In this document: piece after piece, positions 61,796-64,000 of the stretch
Position numbering within the stretch: the stretch's first letter is position 1
Layout of the letters: every line of letters begins with the position of its first letter
Assembly: GCF_963921235.1 (NCBI RefSeq)
Contig: NC_086101.1
Coordinates: 5,148,001 to 5,212,000 of the forward strand
Length of the DNA stretch: 64,000 nt
DNA from: Mobula hypostoma
Lineage: Eukaryota
Direction: 5' to 3'
Translations under genes and position numbers: made by a program
Notes under the pieces: generated by a model
Told to the model about the DNA's origin: nothing
Databases searched by the model: none
The model's input: only the letters and a program-made list of their open reading frames with translations

Positions 61796-63304
61796 GTAAG
61801 GACTTCCCTTGCCAACTCCTTACCACAGTTTGTCTTTCAATGGCCTGCAGGAAAGAAAAGGCAATCTATCAGAAGTATCTCAGAGGTCAGAGCAATGCTT
61901 GGAAATAAATGTGGGTGGGACTGAACAAACACATGAGGGAGCCTTAAGACCACAGCTGGAGTGCTGCTCCGGGATTATCCAGGACAGTTCTGTCCACAAC
62001 CCAACGCAGACTTGGACCTGGGACACAAGAGATTCTGCAGTTGCTCAAAATCCAGAGCAACACACACAATGCTGGAGGAACTCGGCGGGTCAGACAGCAT
62101 CTATGGAAATGACAAGCAGCCAACGTTTTGACCTGAGACCTTCATCAGGAATTAAGGTCCATCAGTGTAAAGGCAAGTGAGGGTGGAAAATCTAGTAAGC
62201 AAGGGGTAGGGTAAGGAAACTAAATAAACCAGACTTCATCATTTATGGTGCGGCAACAGGCCCTTTTGACCCAATGAGCCCACACCGCCATATACACCCA
62301 TGTGACCAATTACCTACTATCCCTAGTGTTTGAAATGTGGGAGGAAACTGGAGGACACGGAGGAAGCCCACGCAGTCACAGGGAGAAGTTATAACCTCCT
62401 TACAGACAGCGGCTGATTCATGGTTCTCACCATTGCGTTACTCAGCCACCCAGCTACTTGTTTCCCCAAGGGCTGGTAAGTTCCTCAAAAGCAGGTCTGC
62501 TGCAAGAGGTCTAGGCAATTACACCTTTCTCACAGCCGGTAGCAGGAACGGGGCCAGAAGTTTGTATTTGTTTTCGGCAGTAAGCTTTCTATTCAAGGGA
62601 TTAGCTGGGCTAGTTCTTTCCACAACACAACACAGACTTGACTTGCTGAAAAGCTTTTGTGCTGTAAACAGCAGAAATCTATCTTGAGAAACAAATACAT
62701 TAATTTGGTCTCAGTGTGACCAAATTTCCCTAATCCTGCCCTGTCCACACCACCCCCTAAACAAACACGAACATTTCAGTGTAATTCACCCACCTCCTTC
62801 AGGGTGGATGGTAAGAAACTATTCTCAAGTTCAAGTTTAATTATCATTCAACCATCAGATGAATTCAGCCAAGTGAAACAGGGTTCCTCTGGGTCCAAGT
62901 TACAAAACACAGAGCCAAGTCACATATAATGCACAGCACGTATAATTAGAATAGCAGAAAAACATGCAGTGATGAAAAAATAATATAGCCCAGTTCCTGA
63001 GTGTCGTGGCCTGTAGGTTGATGGTGCGTGAGGTGTTGTCCTGGAGCCATGTTTCTGCAAGAACAGCCCTCAGCAGTTCTCATGTTACACAGCGCGGATG
63101 CGGACGAAAGCTACTTTGCAACTCTGTAGCAGAGTTGTCAATAATCAGAAGGCAGAGGTTTAGGGTAAGGTGTAATAAGTGTAGAGGGGTTGGTTCTGTG
63201 GAAGATGTGTTTTTAACTCGGTGTGTAGCTGGAATCGAAATAGAGCTTGAGGTGATGGTGGAGCATCATGTACAGGAGCTGGGATGTTATGTTGAAGTTG
63301 TATA

Positions 63305-64000
63305 AGACCATAATATATAGGAGCAGAATTAGACCATTTGGCCCATCCAGTCTTCTCCACCATTTCATCATTGCTGATCCAATTTTTCTCTAAACCCCAA
63401 TCTCCTGCCTTCTCCTTTTATCCCTTCATGCCCTGACTAATCAAGAATCTATGAACCTCTGCCTTAAATGTACGTAAAGACTTGGCCTCCACTGCGGCCT
63501 GTGGCAAAGAATTCCACAGATTTACCACTCCCTGGCTAAAGAAATTCTTCCTCATTTCCATTCTAAAAGGATGCTTCTCTATTCTGTAGCTGTGTCTTCG
63601 GGTCTTACTCTGCCACCATAGGAAACATTCTCTCCACATCCACTCTGTCAAGGCCTTTCACCATTAAATAGGTTTGAATAAGGTCTCCCCTCAGTCTTCT
63701 GAATTTTAGTGAATCCAGGCCCGGAGCCATCAAACACTCTTCATATGACAAGCCATTCAATTCTGGAATCATTTTTGTGAACCTCCTTCAAACTCTCTCC
63801 AGTTTTAGCACATGCTTTCGAAGATAAGGGGCCCAAAACTGTTCACAGTACTCCAAGTCAGGCCTCACCAGTGCTTTATGAAGTTTCAACATTACATCCT
63901 TGCTTTCATATTCTAGTCCTCTTGAAATGAATGCAAACATTGCATTTGCCTCCCTCACCACAGACTCAACCTGAAAATTAACCTTTAAGGAATCCTACAC
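63305..64000 (-). mobile_element. CR1 3' fragment running off the window
   Basis: Reverse strand FFSQGVVNLWNSLPQAAVEA and LVRPDLEYC motifs. Confidence 0.85.

Overview
Vertebrate genomic DNA, most likely a cartilaginous fish (inferred from the CR1/Rex-Babar/Penelope/V-SINE repeat mix). Most of the window is transposon debris, and nearly all ORFs in the supplied track are TE fragments or noise. Two spliced host genes on the + strand could be rebuilt by hand. (1) A butyrophilin/B-G-like receptor lacking its 5' exons: IgC exon 1338-1622, transmembrane exon 6514-6633, TEN consecutive 27-nt phase-1 micro-exons (7878-28290), and a terminal B30.2/PRY-SPRY exon 35871-36388. The micro-exons alternate between two types and encode an 18-residue-periodic helical stalk. 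(2) CENPA, the centromeric H3 variant, with a CpG-island promoter carrying a CDE/CHR element, a probable non-coding first exon, and coding exons at 50731-50911, 57793-57911 and 61718-61795; the last exon lies beyond the window. It has a long Ser-Pro-x-Arg-rich N-tail. The BTN-like/CENPA adjacency recalls the chicken MHC. The window also holds many Penelope-derived minimal hammerhead ribozyme motifs and fold-back mini-elements, two related solo LTRs, and modular SINEs. Exon coordinates were counted by hand from splice sites; repeat boundaries are approximate and family names come from motif recognition, not database searches.
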